Origin: Candidatus Kerfeldbacteria bacterium
GTDB lineage: Bacteria; Patescibacteriota; Patescibacteriia; UBA10025; JAHIVO01
NCBI GenBank assembly: GCA_047946875.1
Contig: CP181398.1
Span: 574,514-638,513 of the forward strand
DNA length: 64,000 bases
Direction: 5' to 3'
Below, piece by piece: positions 20,056 to 27,148 of the stretch. Position 1 is the first letter of the stretch; each line of letters begins with the position of its first letter. The notes under the pieces were generated by a model, which made no database searches, was not told the DNA's origin, and worked only from the letters and a program-made list of their open reading frames with translations. The position numbers were made by a program, and so were the translations under genes.

Positions 20056-21390
20056 TTATTTTAATGTTTTTACAGTTTGACTAAATTCATTATACTTGTC
20101 ACGAGAAATAGTATAGCGTTGTAGTACAATGGCAGATAAAACTATAAATACAGCTGGAACCACCCCAAAAACTATACGAATTCCCATTAAAGCACTTGAT
20201 GGTTGTATTGCTAAATCGCCAACATAACCAGTAACACTAAGAATAACACCAATAAACAGACCCGATAAAGCAATTCCTAATTGGTGTGAAGTCATCCAAT
20301 ATCCGAAAAATGTAGACTCATGTCTTTCATTAAACTTAACATTATAATATTCAACTAAGTCAGGAACTAATGAATAAGGGATTAAAAGCCAACCGGCCAT
20401 TGAAAATCCTAATAATAAACAACCAACATAGAATGGTATTGTAACAGATTCGCTAACGCCAAATGCTATAGCTAATAATATAATTGCTGAAACTATATTT
20501 GATATTAATAATAAACGACGTTTATCGTGTTTCTTTGTCATCTTATTCCATATTGGAATACCTATTGCAGTAGCAACAACATATATTGCCAACGCATAAG
20601 TACTACTACTCGTACTTCCAACAATATTTTCTGTAAAGTAAACCATACTTACAGTAAGAGCTCCTGTTCCTATAGCTCCTAAAACTTTTACAATCATTAA
20701 AATCAAAACATTTCTTTTTGCTAATAATTTAAAATAGCTTTTAAACTTTAAAGGACTTATTGGTATATTATTTTCTGGAGTATCTATTTTTTTTACACTC
20801 CAAGCGGCAATAAGCGTTGTAAATATTGTAATAACCCCCAAAATAACTGTCATCATTCTTAAGGTAACTACTGCATCAGTACCATCGGAGATTAATAACG
20901 CAAGTCCACCACCAAGAATTGATCCAAAAGTAGATAGAACTGCCCTGATGCTGGTAATTTGAGTTCTTTCATCATAATCTTTTGACATTACCGGCACTAG
21001 TGCCATATAAGGCACTGTTACAACAGAATATGCTGTTGCATATAGTAAGATTAACAATGTAGCAATTACAAATTGTAATCCTTCATTTGCTAAACTAGGT
21101 ATAAACCAAAGTAATGCAAAGCTTAACCCAAAAGGTACTGCACCAAATAAAAGGAAAACTCTTTTTCTACCAAATTTTGATTTTATTCTATCAGACCACA
21201 CTCCAATTATTGGATCATTTATACTATCCCATAATTTCCCAATAAAAAATGCTATACCAGCGAGATAAGCACTCATACCAATAATATCAGTCAAATAATA
21301 AATAAAGAAAAATCCAACTGCAAAATACGATATTGATATCCCAAAGTCTCCCATACCATAAGCAATTTTTTTAGAATATTTTAGTCCCAT
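20056..21390 (-). CDS. GPH family (MelB-like) glycoside-pentoside-hexuronide:cation symporter
   Basis: 444 aa. YGMGDFG and DSINDPIIGVWSDR are the GPH-family signatures. Confidence 0.8.
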   Translation of the reverse strand: MGLKYSKKIAYGMGDFGISISYFAVGFFFIYYLTDIIGMSAYLAGIAFFIGKLWDSINDPIIGVWSDRIKSKFGRKRVFLLFGAVPFGLSFALLWFIPSLANEGLQFVIATLLILLYATAYSVVTVPYMALVPVMSKDYDERTQITSIRAVLSTFGSILGGGLALLISDGTDAVVTLRMMTVILGVITIFTTLIAAWSVKKIDTPENNIPISPLKFKSYFKLLAKRNVLILMIVKVLGAIGTGALTVSMVYFTENIVGSTSSSTYALAIYVVATAIGIPIWNKMTKKHDKRRLLLISNIVSAIILLAIAFGVSESVTIPFYVGCLLLGFSMAGWLLIPYSLVPDLVEYYNVKFNERHESTFFGYWMTSHQLGIALSGLFIGVILSVTGYVGDLAIQPSSALMGIRIVFGVVPAVFIVLSAIVLQRYTISRDKYNEFSQTVKTLK

Positions 21391-21426
21391 AGTTTTTTAA
21401 TATTATTAATTTTTAATATGTTATAC

Positions 21427-21510
21427 AGTATACCAAAAAATACCTCAACCTGCGAGGTGGGTTCTGGCGGGTATTAGTGAACGACGTTCGAACTAAGATT
21501 CTTAATACGC
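21427..21510 (-). terminator. terminator + promoter cassette, family member
   Basis: Minus strand ...CGTCGTTCACTAATACCCGCCAGAACCCACCTCgcaggttGAGGTA-TTTTTTGGTATACT, between the FG-GAP gene and the GPH transporter gene. Confidence 0.5.
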
Positions 21511-23979
21511 AGGAAAAATATTTACACCTCCACGAAATCCTGTATGATGTGTAAAAAATTGGGATTTAACAGTACCCCACATATCAAAAATTCTAACTTG
21601 TGGACCCATTCCAGCTCCAGGAGCAGTCACGATTTCATTTACCCCATCAGCATCAACATCAGCAATAAAAGAAGAAAAATTTCCTCGTAGATGATTACTA
21701 TAAGCAAAGAATTGTGACAATACTTCCCCTCTTGTATTAAATACCCTGACATGTGGACCTGCATTAGATTCAGGCGTAGCAATAATTTCATTTACCCCAT
21801 CAGCATTTACATCACCAATAGAGATATTTAAACCTCCACGGAAAGTCTCAGCATAAGCGAAAAATCTTCCTATAAGCGTACCGTCACCTTTAAACATTGC
21901 TACTTGAGGGCCTAAACCTGACTTTGGAGTTATTATAATATCAGAAACGTCATCAGCATTTACATCACCAACTGATAAATTATATCCTCCACGAATAGTT
22001 GGAGCATATGCCCAAAACTGAGAAACCAGCGTTCCATCTTTTTCAAAAACTCTCACCTGTGGTCCAGCGCTAGATTCTGGCATGGTGATGATTTCAAACA
22101 TTCCATCATTGTCTACATCAGCTAATGCAATACTAACACCTCCACGGAATGTCTCAGCATATGCATAAAACTGAGACTCTAAATTACCATAGCTATCTAA
22201 AATTCTTATATGAGGCGCTGCACCTTGTTTAGGTACTGCAACTATCTCAACTCTCCCATCGTCGTCTATATCTCCAGCCGCCATATTAATACCGGCTCTC
22301 ATATTTGAGGTATAAAACATAAACTCTGCTATTTGATAACCCGCTGAGTTAAATAATCTTACTAATGGCTCGGCACCCACTCCTGGAGCAATTATAAATT
22401 CAGATATACCATCAGTACCCAAATCAATAGAAGTAGCCGTCATACCAAATCTTAAAGAAGAATCATATGCAAAAAAATTAGTAAGTGTTTCTCCCAAATA
22501 ATTTTTAATTATTACTTGTGGGCCACCAGCACTTATTGGAGTAGCTAATATATTTACAGGAGTTGCAACTTCTATTGGCTTTATTCTTTGAGTAAAAATA
22601 TCATGATTGTATCCAGGATTAGTATAATGATTCCTTTCATCCTCCCATACTACTATAATACCCCTATTTCCGTCATTTGCTACGGAATATCTATACCGAT
22701 TGCCGTCACCTGTTGACACTAAATACCCTTCGTTACCCCATAAAAGTCTGCCGTTTACATCAACTTTTTGCATATACAAATCGGACCACATTTGTGGTGT
22801 ATCGGTTGAAGCGTATGTTGTGAAAAAAACATTTCCCCTCCCATCCGCAAGTAGCTCGGGCGCATAATGAGAAAGAGATATGTCAATAATTCCTATTCCG
22901 TCACTTCCCCATTTGAGATTTCCTTCTTGATCAATCCTCTGACCATACATCTTAGTAATTGTGTCATTCCAGCTCACCCAACCGACTACCAGACCACCAA
23001 CACCATCCGAAATTATCATTTCATGCATATTACTGACCATATCTGAAATTAATACTCCATCATTTTCCCATTGCATATCTCCATCAAGATTAATTTTTTG
23101 CACACGTAAATCTCCATAATTACCTATTCCTTCCTTGAATAAAACATAAATATTCGACCCACTTATCACTACGTTTTGATTGCCATACCAAAATTTGACA
23201 GATGATGCAACGACGACATCTGAATTCCAGATACGTTCTCCATCACTTGTAATTCTCTGGCCATAAATTACATTATCATCCTGCCAAAAAACTACCGATC
23301 CTCCATCTTCTGTTAAAGCAAGACTAATTTTGCTAATCTCTAATCCTGAAAAATCGTAAGTTGTTTCTGAAATCGCCTTACCTTCAGTGCCCCACAGTAA
23401 AGTTCCAGCAGTATTTATCCTATTTGCATAAACTACATTATTTTTAATCCAGACAATTATTGCGCCACCATTGCTATCTGAAATGACTTGCACTCCGCCC
23501 TCATTTGTCTGATCATGAGACACCTGCACGCCATTATTTGTCCACTGCACCTCACCACTTACATTAATTCGCTGAGTATATATATCAGTGTTATATTCCT
23601 CATCTCGATTATCCTGCCATACAACAATGGCACCATGCTGGGAATCGCTAACGACGTGGGCAGCTCCGCTTCCACCGCTCTGCGCTACAATCGCTTTTAC
23701 CTGCCCGCTCCATTGAGCAACTCCATCACTATCAATCCGTTTTGCATAAATACCGGAAGCAGATCCTTGGTCAGACATCTTATAAAAAAATAATCCTCCC
23801 CCATACCCATCACCAACCACTTTCGGAGTCGGACCATTACTATCTGATAATACAACAAATTCACCATTCTCAGTCCATTTTACTTCATCATTTTCCATGG
23901 ATGCATATACTTGAGCAGGTATTAAAATAAACATTCCTGTAACCAACAAGGTAATTAATACTTTTTTCATAGTTTTCAA
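21502..23979 (-). CDS. large secreted repeat protein with an N-terminal 8x repeat and a C-terminal 7x FG-GAP-like beta-propeller
   Basis: 825 aa with a signal peptide. The N-terminal half carries about 8 repeats of the type D-[IL]-Y-x-Q-R-I-x-x-x-G-x-x-x-W. The C-terminal half carries about 7 repeats of the type FFAY...RGG.N..IGDV[DN]ADGVxEII..P..GAGP[HQ]VR[IV]F, which is FG-GAP-like with DxDxDG loops. Confidence 0.7.
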   Translation of the reverse strand: MKTMKKVLITLLVTGMFILIPAQVYASMENDEVKWTENGEFVVLSDSNGPTPKVVGDGYGGGLFFYKMSDQGSASGIYAKRIDSDGVAQWSGQVKAIVAQSGGSGAAHVVSDSQHGAIVVWQDNRDEEYNTDIYTQRINVSGEVQWTNNGVQVSHDQTNEGGVQVISDSNGGAIIVWIKNNVVYANRINTAGTLLWGTEGKAISETTYDFSGLEISKISLALTEDGGSVVFWQDDNVIYGQRITSDGERIWNSDVVVASSVKFWYGNQNVVISGSNIYVLFKEGIGNYGDLRVQKINLDGDMQWENDGVLISDMVSNMHEMIISDGVGGLVVGWVSWNDTITKMYGQRIDQEGNLKWGSDGIGIIDISLSHYAPELLADGRGNVFFTTYASTDTPQMWSDLYMQKVDVNGRLLWGNEGYLVSTGDGNRYRYSVANDGNRGIIVVWEDERNHYTNPGYNHDIFTQRIKPIEVATPVNILATPISAGGPQVIIKNYLGETLTNFFAYDSSLRFGMTATSIDLGTDGISEFIIAPGVGAEPLVRLFNSAGYQIAEFMFYTSNMRAGINMAAGDIDDDGRVEIVAVPKQGAAPHIRILDSYGNLESQFYAYAETFRGGVSIALADVDNDGMFEIITMPESSAGPQVRVFEKDGTLVSQFWAYAPTIRGGYNLSVGDVNADDVSDIIITPKSGLGPQVAMFKGDGTLIGRFFAYAETFRGGLNISIGDVNADGVNEIIATPESNAGPHVRVFNTRGEVLSQFFAYSNHLRGNFSSFIADVDADGVNEIVTAPGAGMGPQVRIFDMWGTVKSQFFTHHTGFRGGVNIFPAY

Positions 23980-24002
23980 ATTTAATAATTATAATGATTT
24001 TA

Positions 24003-24039
24003 GTATACCAAAAAACACCTCATTCAGCGAGGCGCCTTA
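24003..24039 (-). terminator. terminator + promoter cassette directly after tRNA-Trp, with compensatory stem changes
   Basis: Minus strand CGCCTCgctgaatGAGGTG-TTTTTTGGTATACT. The stem sequence differs from the other copies but its pairing is maintained. Confidence 0.5.
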
Positions 24040-24114
24040 TGGCGGGAGCACTAGGACTCGAACCTAGAATAAGGGTTTTGGAGACCCTTGTGATAGCCAT
24101 TTCACTATGCTCCC
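24040..24114 (-). tRNA. tRNA-Trp (anticodon CCA), CCA end encoded
   Basis: Read by eye on the minus strand: GGGAGCATAGTGAAATGGCTATCACAAGGGTCTCCAAAACCCTTATTCTAGGTTCGAGTCCTAGTGCTCCCGCCA. It has a 7-bp acceptor stem, a TTCGAGT T-loop and anticodon loop CTCCAAA. Confidence 0.85.
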
Positions 24115-24133
24115 ACATAAAAACGAAATGTAA

Positions 24134-24289
24134 TTATTTCGTTTCTTTATGCTGTGTATGTTTTTTACACCATTTACAGAATTTCTTTAACTCTAATCTA
24201 TCCTTAAGAAGTTTTTTATTTTTCTTAGAATAATGTGTAATTTGATGACATTCACTGCATTCAAATTTTATCAGATTGTCTTGTGACAT
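24134..24289 (-). CDS. rpmG: 50S ribosomal protein L33
   Basis: 51 aa ORF absent from the track because it is under 60 aa. MSQDNLIKFECSECHQITHYSKKNKKLLKDRLELKKFCKWCKKHTQHKETK carries the CxxC...CxxC zinc ribbon and the RLELKK-C-C-KHT-HKETK signature of L33. Confidence 0.85.
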   Translation of the reverse strand: MSQDNLIKFECSECHQITHYSKKNKKLLKDRLELKKFCKWCKKHTQHKETK

Positions 24290-24327
24290 ATATTTTTTAT
24301 TATTTAACTATTTTAATAACTAATTAT

Positions 24328-24420
24328 CCGTGGCAAAACGGTATTACATCTATCCTTGCCTAAGCCACCCGTCCCGCGATGCGGGACGACCTCCCACTTA
24401 TTAGCGTAACTGGCCAAACA
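24328..24420 (-). pseudogene. tRNA-derived fragment: a tRNA-Thr(TGT)-like 3' half whose T-arm is replaced by a GTCCCGC-ATC-GCGGGAC hairpin
   Basis: The minus strand reads ...GGGAGGTCGTCCCGCATCGCGGGACGGGTGGCTTAGG. It shares the AGGTCGTC...GACGGGTGGCT segment with the 3' part of the adjacent tRNA-Thr(TGT). It has no canonical D-arm or T-loop. Confidence 0.3.
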
Positions 24421-24443
24421 AATGTATTCATTTATCCAACCAC

Positions 24444-24517
24444 AGCCACCCGTCGGGTTCGAACCGACGACCTACTGTTTACAAAACAGTTGCTCTAGCC
24501 AACTGAGCTAGGGTGGC
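24444..24517 (-). tRNA. tRNA-Thr (anticodon TGT), no encoded CCA
   Basis: Minus strand: GCCACCCTAGCTCAGTTGGCTAGAGCAACTGTTTTGTAAACAGTAGGTCGTCGGTTCGAACCCGACGGGTGGCT. It is a cloverleaf with a TTCGAAC T-loop and anticodon loop TTTGTAA. Confidence 0.85.
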
Positions 24518-24582
24518 TGCGATAGGACAAATTATGCTTTTTAAAAAACTTTTGCAAATTAATTACTACTAATAACTGCAAA

Positions 24583-24669
24583 TGGGCAGGGAGGGATTCG
24601 AACCCCCGAAGGCCGAAGCCAGCAGATTTACAGTCTGCCCCGTTTGACCACTTCGGTACCTACCCGCCC
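24583..24669 (-). tRNA. tRNA-Tyr (anticodon GTA), long variable arm, no encoded CCA
   Basis: Minus strand: GGGCGGGTAGGTACCGAAGTGGTCAAACGGGGCAGACTGTAAATCTGCTGGCTTCGGCCTTCGGGGGTTCGAATCCCTCCCTGCCCA. It is a type II tRNA with anticodon loop CTGTAAA, the TTCGAAT T-loop, and one G-U pair in each of the acceptor and T stems. Confidence 0.85.
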
Positions 24670-24915
24670 ATTTATAGTTATTATATTTTTAATTAACCTT
24701 TTAAACGCCTCTCCACCCTTATATGACTTTATTTGTTTCTCTCTTTTTACAGCTTCAATTTTATTATTAAATTTTTCAATATATATTAATTCCCAAGGCA
24801 TATATCGCTTAGTATATCTTACTTTACCAGAATTATGTTGCCCTAATCTAATTTCAATGTTTTCAGTAAAACCAATATAATACTTATTAATTATTTCACT
24901 TTTTATAATATATAC
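24628..24915 (-). CDS. GIY-YIG nuclease family protein (YhbQ/UPF0213-like), probably with a disrupted or non-ATG start; its 3' end overlaps tRNA-Tyr
   Basis: The minus-strand frame is open from 24920 to the TAA at 24628-24630, which lies in the tRNA-Tyr anticodon loop. Translation ...NVYIIKSEIINKYYIGFTENIEIRLGQHNSGKVRYTKRYMPWELIYIEKFNNKIEAVKREKQIKSYKGGEAFKRLIKNIITINGR... carries the GIY...YIG spacing, the Arg and the PWELxY-E catalytic core. An in-frame TGA sits immediately upstream at 24921-24923. The only nearby ATG (24913-24915) is +1 out of frame; deleting one T would give MYNVYIIKS. The ORF is missing from the track. Confidence 0.55.
   Translation of the reverse strand, partial: VYIIKSEIINKYYIGFTENIEIRLGQHNSGKVRYTKRYMPWELIYIEKFNNKIEAVKREKQIKSYKGGEAFKRLIKNIITINGRVGTEVVKRGRL
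24657..24684. repeat. 28-bp direct repeat, copy 1: tRNA-Tyr 5' end (first 13 nt) plus its -10 region
   Basis: tacctacccgcccatttatagttattat is identical to the copy at 25000-25027. It spans the first 13 nt of tRNA-Tyr and the upstream TATAAAT box. Confidence 0.8.
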
Positions 24916-24999
24916 ATTAATACATATTTTTCAGATTTATGCCGCCAATGGCGGTACACGCACTCTGCCTATTTTAGTTAAACGTAGGCCAGTCCCGCT

Positions 25000-25027
25000 A
25001 TCAGCGGGATACCTACCCGCCCATTTA
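25000..25027. repeat. 28-bp direct repeat, copy 2, upstream of the GIY-YIG gene
   Basis: Perfect copy of 24657-24684. It is followed by the hairpin TCCCGCTGATAGCGGGA and a GC-rich leader rather than by a tRNA body. Confidence 0.8.
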
Positions 25028-25198
25028 TAGTTATTATTTATTTTCAATTTACTTTTTTATATACAATCCAACCATAATAATTAAGTAGGGGTCCCCGATC
25101 CCGCTCAGCGGGATTGTGGGAAGCCAGCTTATTACTGAAAGTGCAGTGTATTAAACTTGTTTCGATACACGAAACTCATAACAATAGAGAGGGCGTGG

Positions 25199-25295
25199 AG
25201 CCGTTGTGCGGATTCTCCGCCTTAGGCGGATGCGCCTTTGGCGCAGAACCATATAATGCAGGTCTAACTCCTTACTCCGCCAGAGACAGACAGGC
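25199..25295 (-). pseudogene. degenerate tRNA-Thr(GGT)-like pseudogene with insertions
   Basis: The minus strand GCCTGTCTGTCTCTGGCGGAGTAAGGAGTTAGACCTGCATTATATGGTTCTGCG[CCAAAGGCGCATCCGCCTAAGGCG]GAGAATCCGCACAACGGCTCC aligns to the neighbouring tRNA-Thr(GGT): GTAAGGAGT-AGGTCTGCGG...GAATCCGCACATCGGCTC. A roughly 25-nt insertion replaces the T-loop and the D-arm is degenerate. Confidence 0.4.
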
Positions 25296-25323
25296 ATGGA
25301 ATTGATCTACTTCACCCCGCCAG

Positions 25324-25396
25324 AGCCGATGTGCGGATTCGAACCGCAGACCTACTCCTTACCATGGAGTTGCTCTACCAACTGAGCTACATCGGC
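25324..25396 (-). tRNA. tRNA-Thr (anticodon GGT), no encoded CCA
   Basis: Minus strand: GCCGATGTAGCTCAGTTGGTAGAGCAACTCCATGGTAAGGAGTAGGTCTGCGGTTCGAATCCGCACATCGGCT, with anticodon loop ATGGTAA. Confidence 0.85.
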
Positions 25397-25439
25397 TCAA
25401 GCGGGGCAAGCCGAGTCTACTGACAGACATGATATTAAT

Positions 25440-26354
25440 TTACTTCTTTTCCTCTTTTAAAGAATCAATTTCCTCTTTTATTTCATCTAATTTTTCATTA
25501 TCAGGATTTGCTTCTCTCAATTGATCATAATACTTATTAGCCATTACAAAATCCTTTAATTTTACTGCTACACTTATTGCCGCATTTAGATTTCTAGGAT
25601 TCTTTGGTTCTAATTTTACTGCCTCTTCATAACATTCTAATGCTTTTTTATATTCACTTGTAGCCATATATACATCACCCAAATCTACATGATAACTAGC
25701 CACTTCATTATTCAATGAGATTGATTTAAGATAATCTTCTGTTGCTTCTTCAGTTTTTCCTTCTTCTACTGCAATCTTACCTAGATGTTCCAGAGCTACA
25801 TCATCTTGAGAATTAATCTTTAATAAATACTGATAAATTTCTTTAGCGTGTTCATAATCTTTCATCTCAAAATATACATCTCCCAAACCTTCATATGCCT
25901 CATTACTTTTTTCATCCAGACTAATAATCTCAATATATTTTTCTTCCGCGAATTTAAATTCTTCTTTATCGACTAAATCTTCTGCTTCTTGCAATAAAAT
26001 AGTAATACTTTTTTCCTGCTCAACTTTATCCATTGGTGTTTCCACTCGAATTTTTTCTGAATATTTCTTTTCTAGGTTTTTCATCTGACTATAAAATCTT
26101 TTCAACATAGGTTCGCGTTTCTCATCTGATTTTTCTTCATCCACATTATCCTTGAATAGTTTTTTTACATTCATTGATTTAAATTTTCTAACGAGCCTTC
26201 CTTCGATTAAACCTTTCTTTATTTGGTCTTGCTTATGTTTTGTTAAAGCTTCAATGTTTATTGCAGCTAATACAGAAAACTTCTTTGCTACTACATAAAA
26301 TATTGTGGCTACACAGATAACTATTATTATTATGGCTATAATATCTATTATCAT
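25440..26354 (-). CDS. TPR-repeat protein with an N-terminal TM anchor
   Basis: 304 aa. An N-terminal hydrophobic helix is followed by several 34-aa TPR-like units: AYEGLGDVYFEMKDYEHAKEIYQYLLKIN, ALECYEEAVKLEPKNPRNL and others. Confidence 0.7.
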   Translation of the reverse strand: MIIDIIAIIIIVICVATIFYVVAKKFSVLAAINIEALTKHKQDQIKKGLIEGRLVRKFKSMNVKKLFKDNVDEEKSDEKREPMLKRFYSQMKNLEKKYSEKIRVETPMDKVEQEKSITILLQEAEDLVDKEEFKFAEEKYIEIISLDEKSNEAYEGLGDVYFEMKDYEHAKEIYQYLLKINSQDDVALEHLGKIAVEEGKTEEATEDYLKSISLNNEVASYHVDLGDVYMATSEYKKALECYEEAVKLEPKNPRNLNAAISVAVKLKDFVMANKYYDQLREANPDNEKLDEIKEEIDSLKEEKK

Positions 26355-27148
26355 AATTTTTTATAATCTTCTAGGGTTACTTCAGTAATATTTTTATCAA
26401 TTAAAACATTAATAGTACCTTTTATAACATTGAAAGATAGCACTTTACCCTCACCTTGTCTAGTCTTTACCTTGGTACCCGCTTTTGGATATTTCTTAGA
26501 TTCTTTTTCATAAAATTCGACCTCATATGACAAACAGCACATCAACCTACCACATGAACCAGAGATTCGGTCACTCCCACGACTATGAATATTCTGTATT
26601 CTAGCAGAATCAGTAGAAACTGTTTTTGGATTTCCTAAGAACTTTTTACAACACAATTCCCTACCACAACCACCAATACCACCCAGTTTTTTTGCCTCAT
26701 CTCTTATACCTATCTGTTGCAATCGAATTGATTTTTGAAAATTTCGAGCTAATTCCTTAACCAAATCCCTAAAATCTACTCTACCTTCTGCTGTAAAAAC
26801 TATTGTAATTTTACCACCATCATATGAGAAAAAACAATCAACTATTTTCATGTCAAGTTTCATATTATCTACTAGCCTACGTGCTTTTGATAATATTTTT
26901 GATCTATCCTTTGACAAAACTTCTATTTTTTTTTCATCATCTTTACTAGCTTTCCTGACAATATTCTTTAAAGAAATTTCCAAAGTTTCTTCATCTATTT
27001 TCGAAACGTTGATTACATTACCTAATTCCAATGCTGAATCAGTTTTTGCAATTACCTTATCTCCAACAATTAATTTAATTTCCTGGGGATCAAAATGATA
27101 AACCTGGTCCCATGGATTAAATTGTACGCCTACAACGTACTTCATCAT
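26351..27148 (-). CDS. PSP1 C-terminal domain protein (YaaT/RicT family)
   Basis: 265 aa. The conserved N-terminus (GVQFNPWDQVYHFD) plus the Cys motifs GGCGRELCCKKF and SCGRLMCC are typical of YaaT/RicT. Confidence 0.8.
   Translation of the reverse strand: MMKYVVGVQFNPWDQVYHFDPQEIKLIVGDKVIAKTDSALELGNVINVSKIDEETLEISLKNIVRKASKDDEKKIEVLSKDRSKILSKARRLVDNMKLDMKIVDCFFSYDGGKITIVFTAEGRVDFRDLVKELARNFQKSIRLQQIGIRDEAKKLGGIGGCGRELCCKKFLGNPKTVSTDSARIQNIHSRGSDRISGSCGRLMCCLSYEVEFYEKESKKYPKAGTKVKTRQGEGKVLSFNVIKGTINVLIDKNITEVTLEDYKKL

Noticed and set aside
24328-24420. A fifth functional tRNA between tRNA-Thr(TGT) and rpmG, where tRNA-Met or tRNA-Gly might be expected.
   Set aside because: I could not derive a cloverleaf. 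There is no T-loop consensus. The candidate T-arm is a 7-bp stem with a 3-nt loop, and acceptor pairing is missing. It is treated as a tRNA-derived fragment.
25114-25305. Track ORF 25114..25305 (+), 63 aa.
   Set aside because: It lies antisense within the tRNA-Thr pseudogene and GC-rich hairpin region. Its openness comes from GC-rich sequence alone. It has no RBS.
24000-25450. Integrase, recombinase or prophage remnant at the tRNA cluster.
   Set aside because: No tyrosine or serine recombinase-like ORF is present. The only accessory ORF is the roughly 95-aa GIY-YIG protein. The island is therefore too small to be an integrative element of the usual kind.
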